Positions 18,987-28,851 of a stretch of DNA of 64,000 nucleotides are shown piece after piece. Where the stretch lies: contig OZ245933.1 of assembly GCA_965229995.1 (NCBI GenBank), forward strand, positions 1,317,800 through 1,381,799, written 5' to 3'. The position numbers and the translations under genes are program-made. The stretch comes from Thermodesulfobacteriota bacterium (GTDB lineage Bacteria; Desulfobacterota_D; UBA1144; Nemesobacterales; Nemesobacteraceae). The notes beneath the pieces are model-generated. The model was not told the origin of the DNA. It was given only the letters and a program-made list of their open reading frames with translations, and made no database searches. The first letter of the stretch is position 1. The number at the start of each line of letters is the position of its first letter.

Positions 18987-20315
18987 ATGGAACTTGGGGA
19001 AAACAGATTCTTAGTTATCGGTCTCGGGGTAACGGGAGTGGAGACTTCAAGATTTCTCCTCTCCAAAGGAGTGGCGGTAAAGGCAACCGACTCGAGGGAG
19101 GCCCGGGAGCTCGGATCCGTGGTGGAAGAGCTCACAGCAGAGGGGATGGAGGTCCTGTGCGGAACTCACGCGCCCGAACTTTTTAAATGGGCTGACACAG
19201 TAGTGCTGAGTCCCGGGGTAAGATTCGATCTTCCCGAGATCAGGGATGCCCAGGCAGCTGGAAAGACGGTGATAAGCGAAATTGAGCTTGCGTGGAATTT
19301 CATATCAAAGCCGGTAATAGGAATAACGGGAACAAACGGAAAGACAACGACCACGTCCCTTCTCTCGGAAATGCTCAGACGAAGCGGCTTGAAAATCTTT
19401 ACGGGCGGAAACATTGGAACGCCTCTCATCTCGGTAGCAGAGAAAGACGGCGAATACGACTTTCTGCTGCTTGAGCTCAGCAGCTTTCAGCTCCAGGGAA
19501 TAAGAAATTTCGCGCCTCATATCGCCGTGATACTCAACATATCGCCAGACCATCTGGATCACCACTCAAGCATGGAAGAATACGAGGCGGCGAAACTCAG
19601 CCTTTTCGCAAACCAGACCGAAGATGACTGGGCCGTGTTCAACGCGGATGATCCGGCGGTGCTGAAAGGCTCAGGCGGTTTCAGGGCGAAAAAAGTATCT
19701 TTCGGGACCCGGGACGAAAAAACCGACGTTTACTGCAGTGAGGATGAAATAGTGTTCGGGGAACTGTCCTTCTGTCTTCAGGACTCTGCACTTCTCGGAG
19801 AACACAACAAAGAAAACATAATGGCCGCGGTAGCCGTCGCGGGAATACTTGACTGCCAGCTGAATCCGGTGCAGAAAAGTATAGACGAATTTCGCCCGCT
19901 TCCGCACAGGATGGAATTCGTACTGACGGTAAAAGGAGTGGATGTTTACAACGACTCAAAATCCACAACCCCTTTTTCCACACTAAGAGCAATTGAGAGC
20001 CTGCCCTCCCCGATCATACTGGTCGCCGGGGGAAAGGACAAGGGAATCGACTACGATTGCCTGAAGGACGCCGTGGCAAGCAAGGTAAAAGCCCTGGTCT
20101 TCATAGGGGAGACAAGGGGGGAAATGCGCGCTCAGCTAGGCGATCTGGCGCAGACCACATGCGCGGACTCGCTAAAAGAGGCGACACAAAGCGCTTTTGA
20201 GCTGTCCGAAGCCGGAGATACGCTTCTTTTCTCACCCGGGTGCTCAAGCTTTGACATGTTCAGCTCGTACGAGGAGAGGGGAAATCTGTTTAAGGAGATC
20301 GTGAGAGATGTTTGA
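18987..20315 (+). CDS. murD: UDP-N-acetylmuramoylalanine--D-glutamate ligase
   Basis: 442 aa with an N-terminal Rossmann-like region and Mur ligase P-loop GITGTNGKTTTT. Confidence 0.9.
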   Translation: MELGENRFLVIGLGVTGVETSRFLLSKGVAVKATDSREARELGSVVEELTAEGMEVLCGTHAPELFKWADTVVLSPGVRFDLPEIRDAQAAGKTVISEIELAWNFISKPVIGITGTNGKTTTTSLLSEMLRRSGLKIFTGGNIGTPLISVAEKDGEYDFLLLELSSFQLQGIRNFAPHIAVILNISPDHLDHHSSMEEYEAAKLSLFANQTEDDWAVFNADDPAVLKGSGGFRAKKVSFGTRDEKTDVYCSEDEIVFGELSFCLQDSALLGEHNKENIMAAVAVAGILDCQLNPVQKSIDEFRPLPHRMEFVLTVKGVDVYNDSKSTTPFSTLRAIESLPSPIILVAGGKDKGIDYDCLKDAVASKVKALVFIGETRGEMRAQLGDLAQTTCADSLKEATQSAFELSEAGDTLLFSPGCSSFDMFSSYEERGNLFKEIVRDV

Positions 20316-21417
20316 CTTCAGAAACAGGGATTTCGACATAGTGCTCCTCGGGCTCGTGCTGATAGTGGCGGGAATCGGGCTGGTAGCAGTATACAACTCA
20401 AGCTCGATATATTCGCTTGAAACCTACGCCAACTCGATGCGTTTTCTTAAATTCCACGTCATATATCTACTCGTGGGAGTAACGGTCATGGTGACATTGA
20501 TGCACATGAAGCCTCTTTTCCTGAGAAATCTGGTTTACCCCGGTTACCTGCTCGGACTCGCTTTACTTGTAATCGCGCTTCTTCCGGAGATAGGCAAGGA
20601 GGTCGGCGGGGGGCGAAGGTGGCTTTCGGTCTGGGGATTCTCGTTTCAGCCGTCTGAGTTCTGCAAATACATGCTGGTTATCTATATGGCGCATTTTCTG
20701 TTCAAGAAAGAAGACAAGATGGACAGCTTCTGGGTCGGTGTTTTTTCTCCGCTGCTCGCCGGCGGCGCCTACGTGGGGCTTATACTGGCCGGACCGGACT
20801 TGGGAACCTCTTTTGTCGTTCTAGCGGTTCTTTTCATCATGCTCTTTGTCGGAGGGGCTAAAATCAGGTACCTGCTGAGCATCGGGATCGGGGCCGTGGC
20901 GCTGCTCTCCCTAGCCATAATTAACGAGGGTTACAGGATGGAGAGAATAATGTCGTTTCTTGACCCCTGGAAGGACCCTCTCGGCTCAGGATACCAGGCT
21001 GTTCAGTCGTTCATGGCGTTCGGTCTTGGGGGAATATACGGAAGCGGACTTGGAAACAGCTCCCAGAAACTGCTTTTCCTTCCCCAGGCGCACACCGACT
21101 TTATCTTTTCGATAATAGGCGAGGAATTCGGATTCATAGGGGTAATGACATTAATCGCGCTTTTCCTCTTGATTCTGGCAAGATGCGTAAGGATCGCCAT
21201 GCGGGCGGAAGATCCTTTCTCAAGATACATGGTATTCGGTTTTACGGCGCTTATAACGCTCCAAGCGGCACTTAACATGGGAGTGGCAGTTGGTCTTTTT
21301 CCCACTACGGGACTGACGCTGCCCCTTGTAAGCTACGGGGGAAGTTCTCTTGTATCGACGCTTGCGGCGTTTGGGATCATCCTGAGCGTCTCGAGGTTCA
21401 GCACCGGGAACAGATGA
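20308..21417 (+). CDS. ftsW: Peptidoglycan glycosyltransferase FtsW (SEDS family)
   Basis: 369 aa polytopic SEDS-family protein in the conserved murD-ftsW-murG position. Confidence 0.85.
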   Translation: MFDFRNRDFDIVLLGLVLIVAGIGLVAVYNSSSIYSLETYANSMRFLKFHVIYLLVGVTVMVTLMHMKPLFLRNLVYPGYLLGLALLVIALLPEIGKEVGGGRRWLSVWGFSFQPSEFCKYMLVIYMAHFLFKKEDKMDSFWVGVFSPLLAGGAYVGLILAGPDLGTSFVVLAVLFIMLFVGGAKIRYLLSIGIGAVALLSLAIINEGYRMERIMSFLDPWKDPLGSGYQAVQSFMAFGLGGIYGSGLGNSSQKLLFLPQAHTDFIFSIIGEEFGFIGVMTLIALFLLILARCVRIAMRAEDPFSRYMVFGFTALITLQAALNMGVAVGLFPTTGLTLPLVSYGGSSLVSTLAAFGIILSVSRFSTGNR

Positions 21418-22481
21418 GAGTGATAATAGCCGGAGGAGGCACAGGTGGACATGTTTTCCCCGCGATATCAATCGCGGAGGAAATACTTGACAGAAACAGC
21501 GGAAACGAGGTTCTGTTCGTGGGCACCGAACAGGGCATTGAAAAAAGGATTCTCCAGGAAAAGGGGTACAGAGTCGAATTCATAAACTCAAGAGGAATTG
21601 TCGGAAAAAACTTTTCCCAGAAGGTGATGGCGGTGATATCGATACTCGGAGCTATGCTGAGTTCCCTTAAGATACTCAGAGATTTCAGGCCTGACGCGGT
21701 TATAGGAGTCGGCGGATACGCGTCCGGACCGACTCTGCTTTGCGCATCCATGAGTTCCATACCGACCGCCGTTTGCGAACAGAACTCCGTCCCTGGGCTT
21801 GCCAACAGGATACTCTCGAGATTCGTCGGCAAGATATTCATAACTTTTGAAGAAAGCGGGGAGCACCTCCCGGCGGAAAAAACGGTGCTCACCGGAAATC
21901 CCATAAGACGTGACCTTGCCCATGGCGCCGCGGAGAAAAAACCCCGCCAAAACGCCCCGCGAAACATATTCGTACTCGGAGGAAGCCTGGGAGCCCGCAA
22001 GCTGAACGAGATCGTTCCCCTGTCCCTGGGAAAACTCGGCGCGCGGGTAACCGTGACCCATCAGACTGGAGAAGCCCAAGTGGAAAGCGTAAGGGAAACT
22101 TACCGGCAACTTGGCATTTCCGCCGAGGTATTCGAATTTACAGACGACATGTCCCGGATCTACGAGAGAACGGACCTTGCGATCTGCAGGGCGGGCTCCG
22201 GAACGCTCTCTGAAATAACGGCGTTCGGCATACCGTCAGTACTGATTCCCCTCGCCTCCTCAACCCACGACCATCAGCTAAAAAACGCCAAGGTACTCGA
22301 GTCAAACGCAGCTGCGGTGATAGTCGAGGAAAAAGAACTTTCGGTCGAAAGTCTTTGCGCGGTTATGGAGAAAACTCTTGAGGAAAACACTCTCGGGCGC
22401 ATGGCGGCAAACTCAAAGAAACTCGCGCGTCCCCATGCCGCCCGGGAAATCGTAAACGAAATCGAGCGGATAATAGGGTAA
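21414..22481 (+). CDS. murG: UDP-N-acetylglucosamine--N-acetylmuramyl-(pentapeptide) pyrophosphoryl-undecaprenol N-acetylglucosamine transferase
   Basis: 355 aa starting MRVIIAGGGTGGHVFPA, which is the MurG signature. Confidence 0.9.
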   Translation: MRVIIAGGGTGGHVFPAISIAEEILDRNSGNEVLFVGTEQGIEKRILQEKGYRVEFINSRGIVGKNFSQKVMAVISILGAMLSSLKILRDFRPDAVIGVGGYASGPTLLCASMSSIPTAVCEQNSVPGLANRILSRFVGKIFITFEESGEHLPAEKTVLTGNPIRRDLAHGAAEKKPRQNAPRNIFVLGGSLGARKLNEIVPLSLGKLGARVTVTHQTGEAQVESVRETYRQLGISAEVFEFTDDMSRIYERTDLAICRAGSGTLSEITAFGIPSVLIPLASSTHDHQLKNAKVLESNAAAVIVEEKELSVESLCAVMEKTLEENTLGRMAANSKKLARPHAAREIVNEIERIIG

Positions 22482-22485
22482 GTCA

Positions 22486-23853
22486 ATGTACGGGAAGATA
22501 AAGAAAGTCCATTTCATCGGCATAGGCGGTATAGGAATGAGCGGCATAGCCGAAGTGCTGATCAACATGGGTCTTGAGGTAAGCGGTTCCGACCTTGCGG
22601 AAACCCAGATAACCCGACGTCTTGCTTCTCTCGGAGCCGTCGTTCACGCGGGCCACAATTCCGAGAACATAAAAGGAAGCGAGGTAGTCGTATACTCATC
22701 GGCAATTCGAGAGGACAACCCGGAAATGATCGCCGCGGCGGCAGCGAGAGTTCCCCTCATACCCAGGGCGGAGATGCTGGCGGAACTGATGAGGCTCAAA
22801 TTCGGCATCGCAGTTGCCGGAAGCCACGGAAAAACCACTACGTCCTCCATGATAGCGTCGGTGCTCTCCCACTGCGGTGCGGACCCGACCATAGTAGTCG
22901 GAGGGAAACTGCGGACCATAGACTCAAACGCTCACCTCGGAACCGGCCGGTTCATGGTAGTCGAAGCCGATGAGAGTGACGGATCTTTCGAGAAACTCTC
23001 CCCGGTCGTCACCGTGCTCACAAATATCGACAAGGAACACCTTGATTACTACGGCGACATGGAAACACTCGAGCTTGCCTTCTCGAACTTCCTGCACAAA
23101 ATCCCCTTCTACGGACTCGCCATAACATGCGCCGACTGTCCTAGAACCGCCGAGATAAGCAGAAAATTCAACAAAAAAATACTGACTTACGGAATCAGCG
23201 CCCCGGCTGACCTCATGGCGGAGAACATACGCTTTTCGCAACTGCGGACATCGTTTGAAGTTACCTACGGAGGTTCTCTGCTTGGAGAGGTGGAACTCAG
23301 CACCTTAGGCGCCCATAACGCCCTCAATTCCCTAGCGGCGATAGCCGTGGGAATGGAATTCGGTTTCAGTTTCGAGAAGATAAAAGAGGGCCTTGCTGAC
23401 TTTAAGGGAATAGAGAGAAGATTGCAGTTGAAAAGTGATAAAAAAGGTGTAAAAATAATAGACGATTACGGGCATCACCCGAGCGAGCTGGAAGTTACCA
23501 TAGAGGCTCTTAAAACGGCGTTTTCCCGAGAACCGATTCTTCTCTTCCAGCCACATAGATTTTCTAGGACTAAGCTTCTTTACGACGATTTCGTCAGGGT
23601 TTTAGGAAAAATAAAACACCTATACGTTCTTGATATATATCCCGCCGGGGAAAAACCGGTAAAGGGAATAACTTCAGAAAAGCTGGTCGAAGACATAAAA
23701 AAGGCGGGCAACGCAAACGCGCGTTACGTGGATGACCCCGACGCTTTTGCGGACCGCATGGCAAGCGAGCTTAAGAAAGGAGATGTCCTGCTTACCTCGG
23801 GCGCCGGAAATGTCTGGAAATACGGGGATAAGATCGCGGAGCTGATCGGATGA
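22486..23853 (+). CDS. murC: UDP-N-acetylmuramate--L-alanine ligase
   Basis: 455 aa with the MurC N-terminus (HFIGIGGIGMSGIAEVL) and P-loop GSHGKTTTSS. Confidence 0.9.
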   Translation: MYGKIKKVHFIGIGGIGMSGIAEVLINMGLEVSGSDLAETQITRRLASLGAVVHAGHNSENIKGSEVVVYSSAIREDNPEMIAAAAARVPLIPRAEMLAELMRLKFGIAVAGSHGKTTTSSMIASVLSHCGADPTIVVGGKLRTIDSNAHLGTGRFMVVEADESDGSFEKLSPVVTVLTNIDKEHLDYYGDMETLELAFSNFLHKIPFYGLAITCADCPRTAEISRKFNKKILTYGISAPADLMAENIRFSQLRTSFEVTYGGSLLGEVELSTLGAHNALNSLAAIAVGMEFGFSFEKIKEGLADFKGIERRLQLKSDKKGVKIIDDYGHHPSELEVTIEALKTAFSREPILLFQPHRFSRTKLLYDDFVRVLGKIKHLYVLDIYPAGEKPVKGITSEKLVEDIKKAGNANARYVDDPDAFADRMASELKKGDVLLTSGAGNVWKYGDKIAELIG

Positions 23854-24746
23854 GCAACGTAACTCAAGACAAGGATCTTGACATACTGGACAACTACCCG
23901 ATGAGAAAATACCTGTACATAAAAGTCGGGGGAGAGGCGAAGCGCCTCGTGTATCCGCGGAACATGAAAAGTTTCCTTGAACTGCTCAGGCACTCACACG
24001 AGGCAGGAGAGAAAGTCATCGTGCTCGGGGCCGGCTCCAACACCATAATAACCGAGCGGGGAATCGACGGCGTGGTTATAAGCACGAGGAAACTCAAGGA
24101 AGTGCGCATGGACGGCACGCGCGTTGAAGCCGAATGCGGCGCGATGCTCTCATCGATAATGAACAGGTCGATTCGCCTCGGACTTACCGGGTTCGAGTTC
24201 GCCGCGGGCATACCGGGAACGGTGGGGGGAAGCATATACATGAACGCCGGCGCAAACGGAGGAGAGATAAAGGACGCGGTGAAAAAAGTTTACATATGGC
24301 ACGAAGGAGAGGAAAAGGAACTGTCAAGAGAAGAGATAAACTTCGAGTACAGGAAAAGCAATCTGCCCACAGGCACCATAGTCACAAAAGCGGTATTTGA
24401 ACTGCGCAGAGGAGACAGGGAAAAGAGCGAAGAAAACGTGAGGCAGTACCTCGCGTACAGAAACAGGACCCAGCCCGTGAAAATGGCTAACACGGGTTCG
24501 GTTTTCAAAAATCCGCCCACGATGAGCGCGGGAGAACTGCTCGAGGGACTTGGATTCAAGGGGCTTTGCGTCGGCGGGGCCAAGTTCTCGGAAATCCACG
24601 CGAATTTTATCGTGAATTTCAACAGGGCAAAGGCCGATGATATCATCACGCTCATTGAAAAGGCAAGAGAAACCGCTTTGAGAGAACGGAACATAACACT
24701 TGAACCTGAAGTCGAGATAATGGGCAGGGAGGCGGGAGCCGCATGA
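23850..24746 (+). CDS. murB: UDP-N-acetylenolpyruvoylglucosamine reductase
   Basis: 298 aa with an FAD-binding PCMH-type domain (VLGAGSN) and a MurB C-terminal domain. Confidence 0.85.
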   Translation: MSNVTQDKDLDILDNYPMRKYLYIKVGGEAKRLVYPRNMKSFLELLRHSHEAGEKVIVLGAGSNTIITERGIDGVVISTRKLKEVRMDGTRVEAECGAMLSSIMNRSIRLGLTGFEFAAGIPGTVGGSIYMNAGANGGEIKDAVKKVYIWHEGEEKELSREEINFEYRKSNLPTGTIVTKAVFELRRGDREKSEENVRQYLAYRNRTQPVKMANTGSVFKNPPTMSAGELLEGLGFKGLCVGGAKFSEIHANFIVNFNRAKADDIITLIEKARETALRERNITLEPEVEIMGREAGAA

Positions 24747-25444
24747 GCACGCTGACAAAGGGAATATCAGCTGTTTTTCTCCTCTCGATCTGCGGGATTG
24801 CTCTTTTCGCAATTCAGCCGTCAAAGCATTTCACCGTAAAAGAGGTCGTAATCACCGGAAACAGCAAGATAAGCTCCTCGGAAATCATAAAACGCTCCGG
24901 CATAAGAGCCGGGTCAACATCCATGCTGTTTTCGACTTCCAAAGCGAAGGAAAAAATCCTTGAGAATCCATGGGTAAGCGAAATAAGGGTGAAAAAACTT
25001 CTCCACGGGAAAATGAAAATTGAGATCTACGAAAGCGAACCCTTCTGCGTACTATCTCAGGAGGGGGCAGAACCCTACTACATAGACGGGAAAGGAAAAA
25101 AGCTCGGTGTCGCGGAGCCGGCACAAGGTCTTGATTTTCCGGTAATCTCAAGCAAGGGAGAAATCAGTCCGGGCCTCATGCTCCAGGCAATTGAGATCCT
25201 CAACCTCTCCAAGGCCAGTTCGGCTCTGGGCTGGTCGGAAATTTCCGAGATAGTGGTGGAAGAAGACTTCGGGATCAAGCTTTTAACCCTTGACCGCAGA
25301 TTCGTAACCTTCGGAAAAAACAATATGAAAAGCAAGTGGCACAAGGTTGAGAGGATAATAGCTCACTCCCGCAAGAAAAACCTGGTGGAAAAAGACATAG
25401 ACATAAGTTCGGGCGAAGTAGGCGTAATAGGCTATGACTTCTAA
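24743..25444 (+). CDS. ftsQ: Cell division protein FtsQ
   Basis: 233 aa bitopic protein with POTRA-like and FtsQ beta domains, positioned between murB and ftsA. Confidence 0.8.
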   Translation: MSTLTKGISAVFLLSICGIALFAIQPSKHFTVKEVVITGNSKISSSEIIKRSGIRAGSTSMLFSTSKAKEKILENPWVSEIRVKKLLHGKMKIEIYESEPFCVLSQEGAEPYYIDGKGKKLGVAEPAQGLDFPVISSKGEISPGLMLQAIEILNLSKASSALGWSEISEIVVEEDFGIKLLTLDRRFVTFGKNNMKSKWHKVERIIAHSRKKNLVEKDIDISSGEVGVIGYDF

Positions 25445-25453
25445 AATCACGAA

Positions 25454-26692
25454 ATGGCGCAGAGAAAAAACAATTCACTCCCGATAGTTGGTCTCGACAT
25501 AGGGACGACGAAAGTCTCCGTAGTGGTCGGAGAGGTTGACCTAAACGGCGGGATCGAGATAATCGGCATCGGCAACCATCCCTCTCACGGACTAAAAAGA
25601 GGGGTAGTGGTCAACATAGAAAAAACCGTGGACTCCATACAGAATGCGGTCGAGAAAGCCGAACGCATGTCCGGACACGTGATAAAGGAAGTCCTAGTAG
25701 GAATAGCCGGCGGACATATAAAGGGAATGAACGGGCACGGAATGGTTACCCTGCGGGAAAAAGAGGTGACTCCCAAGGATATCGAGAGAGTCATAGAATC
25801 AGCAAATGCCCTTCTGATTCCGGCGGAAAGGGAAATTATTCACGCTATCGCGCAGGACTACACGGTTGACAGGGAAAGCGGCATAAAAGACCCGGTCGGA
25901 ATCCATGGCTTAAAGCTCGAGGCAGACGTCCACATAGTTACTGGGGACGTGACTGCGGCCCGGAATATCATAAAATGCATAGAGATGTCGGGGGTAATTT
26001 CCGTTGACATGGTACTTGAGCAGATAGCTTCAAGCGAAGCGGTTCTTACGCAGGACGAAAAGGAAATCGGGGTAGCGATGATAGACTTCGGAGGAGGCAC
26101 TTGCGATATAGCCGTGTTTATGAACGGAAGCGTGAAGTATACAGAAAGCATCACCTTGGGAGGTGACCACCTCGACAGGGATATCGCGTTTGGACTCTCG
26201 GTACCGCTTCCGGAAGCAAGAAAGCTCAAGGAAAATTACGGCGTGGCCGCATCAAAACCGAATGAAATGCCGAGTGACGAGAGAATAGAGGTGAAAAGCG
26301 CTTCGGGACACGTGCCCAAGCATATCTTTAAAAGAGACCTTACAACGATAATCCAACTTAGAATGGAAGAAATCTTCGCGCTGATAAAAAAAGAGTTCTC
26401 AAAGCAGGGGTTCGCCGGCATGCTGCCGGCAGGAGTAGTGCTCACGGGCGGAAGCAGCAAGATACGGGAGATGGCAACCCTTGTCGAGCGGGTACTGGAC
26501 ATGCCGGTTCGCATCGGGATACCTCGCGATGTAAACGGTCTCACGGACATTATCACCGACCCAATTTACTCAACCGGAGTGGGCCTGGTTAAATACGCGA
26601 GCTTGAATCAAGAATCAAGCGTTACGGCAGGGATCCTTAGACAGAAAAACGTTTTTGCAAGAATGAAAGGCTGGTTTAACGAATTTTTTTAA
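25454..26692 (+). CDS. ftsA: Cell division protein FtsA
   Basis: 412 aa actin-like ATPase (VGLDIGTTKVSVVVGE) ending in the C-terminal amphipathic helix KGWFNEFF. Confidence 0.9.
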   Translation: MAQRKNNSLPIVGLDIGTTKVSVVVGEVDLNGGIEIIGIGNHPSHGLKRGVVVNIEKTVDSIQNAVEKAERMSGHVIKEVLVGIAGGHIKGMNGHGMVTLREKEVTPKDIERVIESANALLIPAEREIIHAIAQDYTVDRESGIKDPVGIHGLKLEADVHIVTGDVTAARNIIKCIEMSGVISVDMVLEQIASSEAVLTQDEKEIGVAMIDFGGGTCDIAVFMNGSVKYTESITLGGDHLDRDIAFGLSVPLPEARKLKENYGVAASKPNEMPSDERIEVKSASGHVPKHIFKRDLTTIIQLRMEEIFALIKKEFSKQGFAGMLPAGVVLTGGSSKIREMATLVERVLDMPVRIGIPRDVNGLTDIITDPIYSTGVGLVKYASLNQESSVTAGILRQKNVFARMKGWFNEFF

Positions 26693-26720
26693 AGGAGAAA
26701 TCCAACTGGAGGGTAAAAAT

Positions 26721-27800
26721 ATGGCAAGTTTTAGGATTGAGAATGTTGATAATGGCTTTAACAGAGCCAAAATCAAGGTTGTAGGAACTGGTGGGGCCGG
26801 TGGAAACGCCGTTAACACCATGATAAGCAAGGGACTTAAGGAAGTGGAGTTCGTCGCCGTAAACACGGATTCCCAGGATCTCAGCAAATCGCTGGCACCG
26901 ACGAAATTCCAGATAGGAGAGGGTATATCTAGAGGTCTAGGTTCCGGGGGAAGCCCCCAGCTCGCAAAGGAGGCCGCTATGGAGGACCGCGACCAGATAA
27001 GCGAGGTTCTCGGAGAAGCCGACATGGTTTTCATAACCGCGGGGATGGGAGGCGGAACCGGCACTGGCGCTTCTCCCGTAATCGCCCAGGTATGCAAGGA
27101 GAAGGACATTCTCACCGTGGCGATAGTCACAAAACCCTTTGAATTCGAAGGGGTTGCACGAAAGGAAAACGCCGATTACGGAATCGAGGAACTGGACAAG
27201 TATGTCGACACGCTGATCGTAATTCCCAACGATAAGCTTGCGGCCATACACAAAGTCAGCATCCTTGACGCTTTTCGCCAGGCCGATGAAGTTCTTTATC
27301 AGGCGGTAAAGGGGATTTCCGACATCGTTACGGGAACCGGTTACATCAACGTCGATTTTGCCGACGTGAAAAGCATAATGGCAAACCACGGAGGCAAGGC
27401 CCTTATGAGTTCCGGATTCGCACAAGGTCCGAACCGGGCGACTCAGGCGGCGCAGATGGCCATAACAAGCCCTCTTCTCGAGGAAGTGTCCATAGCAGGA
27501 GCCAAGGGGATACTGATGAACGTAACGGCTTCTGAGGACTTCGGAATCGAAGAGCTTAACGAAGCGTGCAGCCACGTAAGGGAAAGAGCAAACGGCGATA
27601 TCGACCTGATTTTCGGTCTGGTCTTCGATGAAAAGACCAAGGATTTCGTAAGAATCACTGTGGTTGCGACCGGAATAGAAAATTATATCGATAAAAAGGC
27701 CGCCGATATAATTTCGGAACAGCCGTACAGCCCCAATATGGAGGAAGACCTCGATATACCGACTTTCGTCAGAAGAAGAGAAAGAATCGCCGCCCGTTGA
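26721..27800 (+). CDS. ftsZ: Cell division GTPase FtsZ
   Basis: 359 aa with the tubulin signature GGGTGTG and the conserved C-terminal peptide DLDIPTFVRRRE. Confidence 0.95.
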   Translation: MASFRIENVDNGFNRAKIKVVGTGGAGGNAVNTMISKGLKEVEFVAVNTDSQDLSKSLAPTKFQIGEGISRGLGSGGSPQLAKEAAMEDRDQISEVLGEADMVFITAGMGGGTGTGASPVIAQVCKEKDILTVAIVTKPFEFEGVARKENADYGIEELDKYVDTLIVIPNDKLAAIHKVSILDAFRQADEVLYQAVKGISDIVTGTGYINVDFADVKSIMANHGGKALMSSGFAQGPNRATQAAQMAITSPLLEEVSIAGAKGILMNVTASEDFGIEELNEACSHVRERANGDIDLIFGLVFDEKTKDFVRITVVATGIENYIDKKAADIISEQPYSPNMEEDLDIPTFVRRRERIAAR

Positions 27801-27817
27801 GAATGTTCGGTACGGTG

Positions 27818-28168
27818 TCAGACAACCTCGGACCTGTCTTCCTTAAGGAATGGCAGGTCCACCCTCGGGGTATCGATCCAGAGTCCTTCAATATCGTAGA
27901 ACTCCCGTACGGGCCGGTAAAACACGTGGAGAACTACGTCTACGAGGTCAAGCAGCACCCATCTGCCCTCTGAAACGCCTTCGGTTCCGAATACCTTTAC
28001 CCCGCGTTTCTTAAGTTCCCGCTTAACGCTTTCTACTATGGTCTGCACTCCCCTGTTGGAGTTCGCGCTGCAGACGATGAAATAATCCGCCACGTCGCTT
28101 TTTTCTCTAATCTCCAAAACTATGGGACTCTCCGCTTTTTTCTCCCAGGCGGCACGGGCGACAAGCAA
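27818..28168 (-). CDS. rsfS: Ribosomal silencing factor RsfS (Iojap family)
   Basis: Homologous core (ALLVARAAWEKKAESPIVLEIREKSDVADYFIVCSANSNRGVQ...WVLLDLVDVVLHVF). The full ORF runs to 28279 and would overlap nadD by 94 nt. An in-frame TTG at 28168, 17 nt after the nadD stop, gives a typical 117-aa RsfS, but the start remains uncertain. Confidence 0.7.
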   Translation of the reverse strand: MLVARAAWEKKAESPIVLEIREKSDVADYFIVCSANSNRGVQTIVESVKRELKKRGVKVFGTEGVSEGRWVLLDLVDVVLHVFYRPVREFYDIEGLWIDTPRVDLPFLKEDRSEVV

Positions 28169-28185
28169 GGCTTTTTCCCTGGACT

Positions 28186-28851
28186 CTATGTTTTTTCCTC
28201 CATCTGGTAAAGGCCGTTTTCCGCTATGTATTCCTCCACTTGGGGAGCAACCAGATATCTGAGGGAATTGCCCCGGCAAGTGAGTTCCCTTACTTCCGTG
28301 GAAGAGACTCTTATACCGGCAATATCTACGAAAAACAGCTCATTTGAGCTTGTGTGAGCAAAAACTTCCATACCCTTGTCGCTATAAGAATATCGAAAGT
28401 CATTTCCGAGAGCAAGAGGAATCGGACTGGCGGAATCGGGAAGAACGTAACCGGGGCGACGAAGAACAACGAAACTTGAGTAGTTAAAAAGCTCCGCGAA
28501 GTCTTTCCATGTTTCTATCTCGGCGAAAAGTTCAGAACCAATTATAAAACAATACTCGTTTTGTGGACTGCTTTTGTTAAGCGACTTGAGCGTATCGATA
28601 GTGTAGGACGGAGGCTCCCTGCGAAACTCTATATCGGAAACCTTGAAACGGGGGTTGTCTTTCACCGAGAGGTTAAGCATATTGAGCCTGTGGGAGGAGT
28701 CGGCCATTGTTTCGGAGCTTTTATGAGGAGAAACAAAAGTCGGAATGAAAACCACCTCGTCAAGCGCCAGTTTTTCGCTTATCTCCTCAGCGGCCCTCAT
28801 GTGACCCGAATGCACGGGATCAAATGAGCCGCCCATAAGACCTGTTTTCAT
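28186..28851 (-). CDS. nadD: Nicotinate-nucleotide adenylyltransferase
   Basis: 221 aa with the GGSFDPVHSGH nucleotidyltransferase motif in the NadD arrangement. Confidence 0.9.
   Translation of the reverse strand: MKTGLMGGSFDPVHSGHMRAAEEISEKLALDEVVFIPTFVSPHKSSETMADSSHRLNMLNLSVKDNPRFKVSDIEFRREPPSYTIDTLKSLNKSSPQNEYCFIIGSELFAEIETWKDFAELFNYSSFVVLRRPGYVLPDSASPIPLALGNDFRYSYSDKGMEVFAHTSSNELFFVDIAGIRVSSTEVRELTCRGNSLRYLVAPQVEEYIAENGLYQMEEKT

Noticed and set aside
27818-28279. Long 153-aa form of rsfS overlapping nadD by 94 nt
   Set aside because: The N-terminal 37 residues have no counterpart in RsfS proteins. An in-frame TTG 17 nt after the nadD stop yields a canonical-length protein. The long form cannot be fully excluded.
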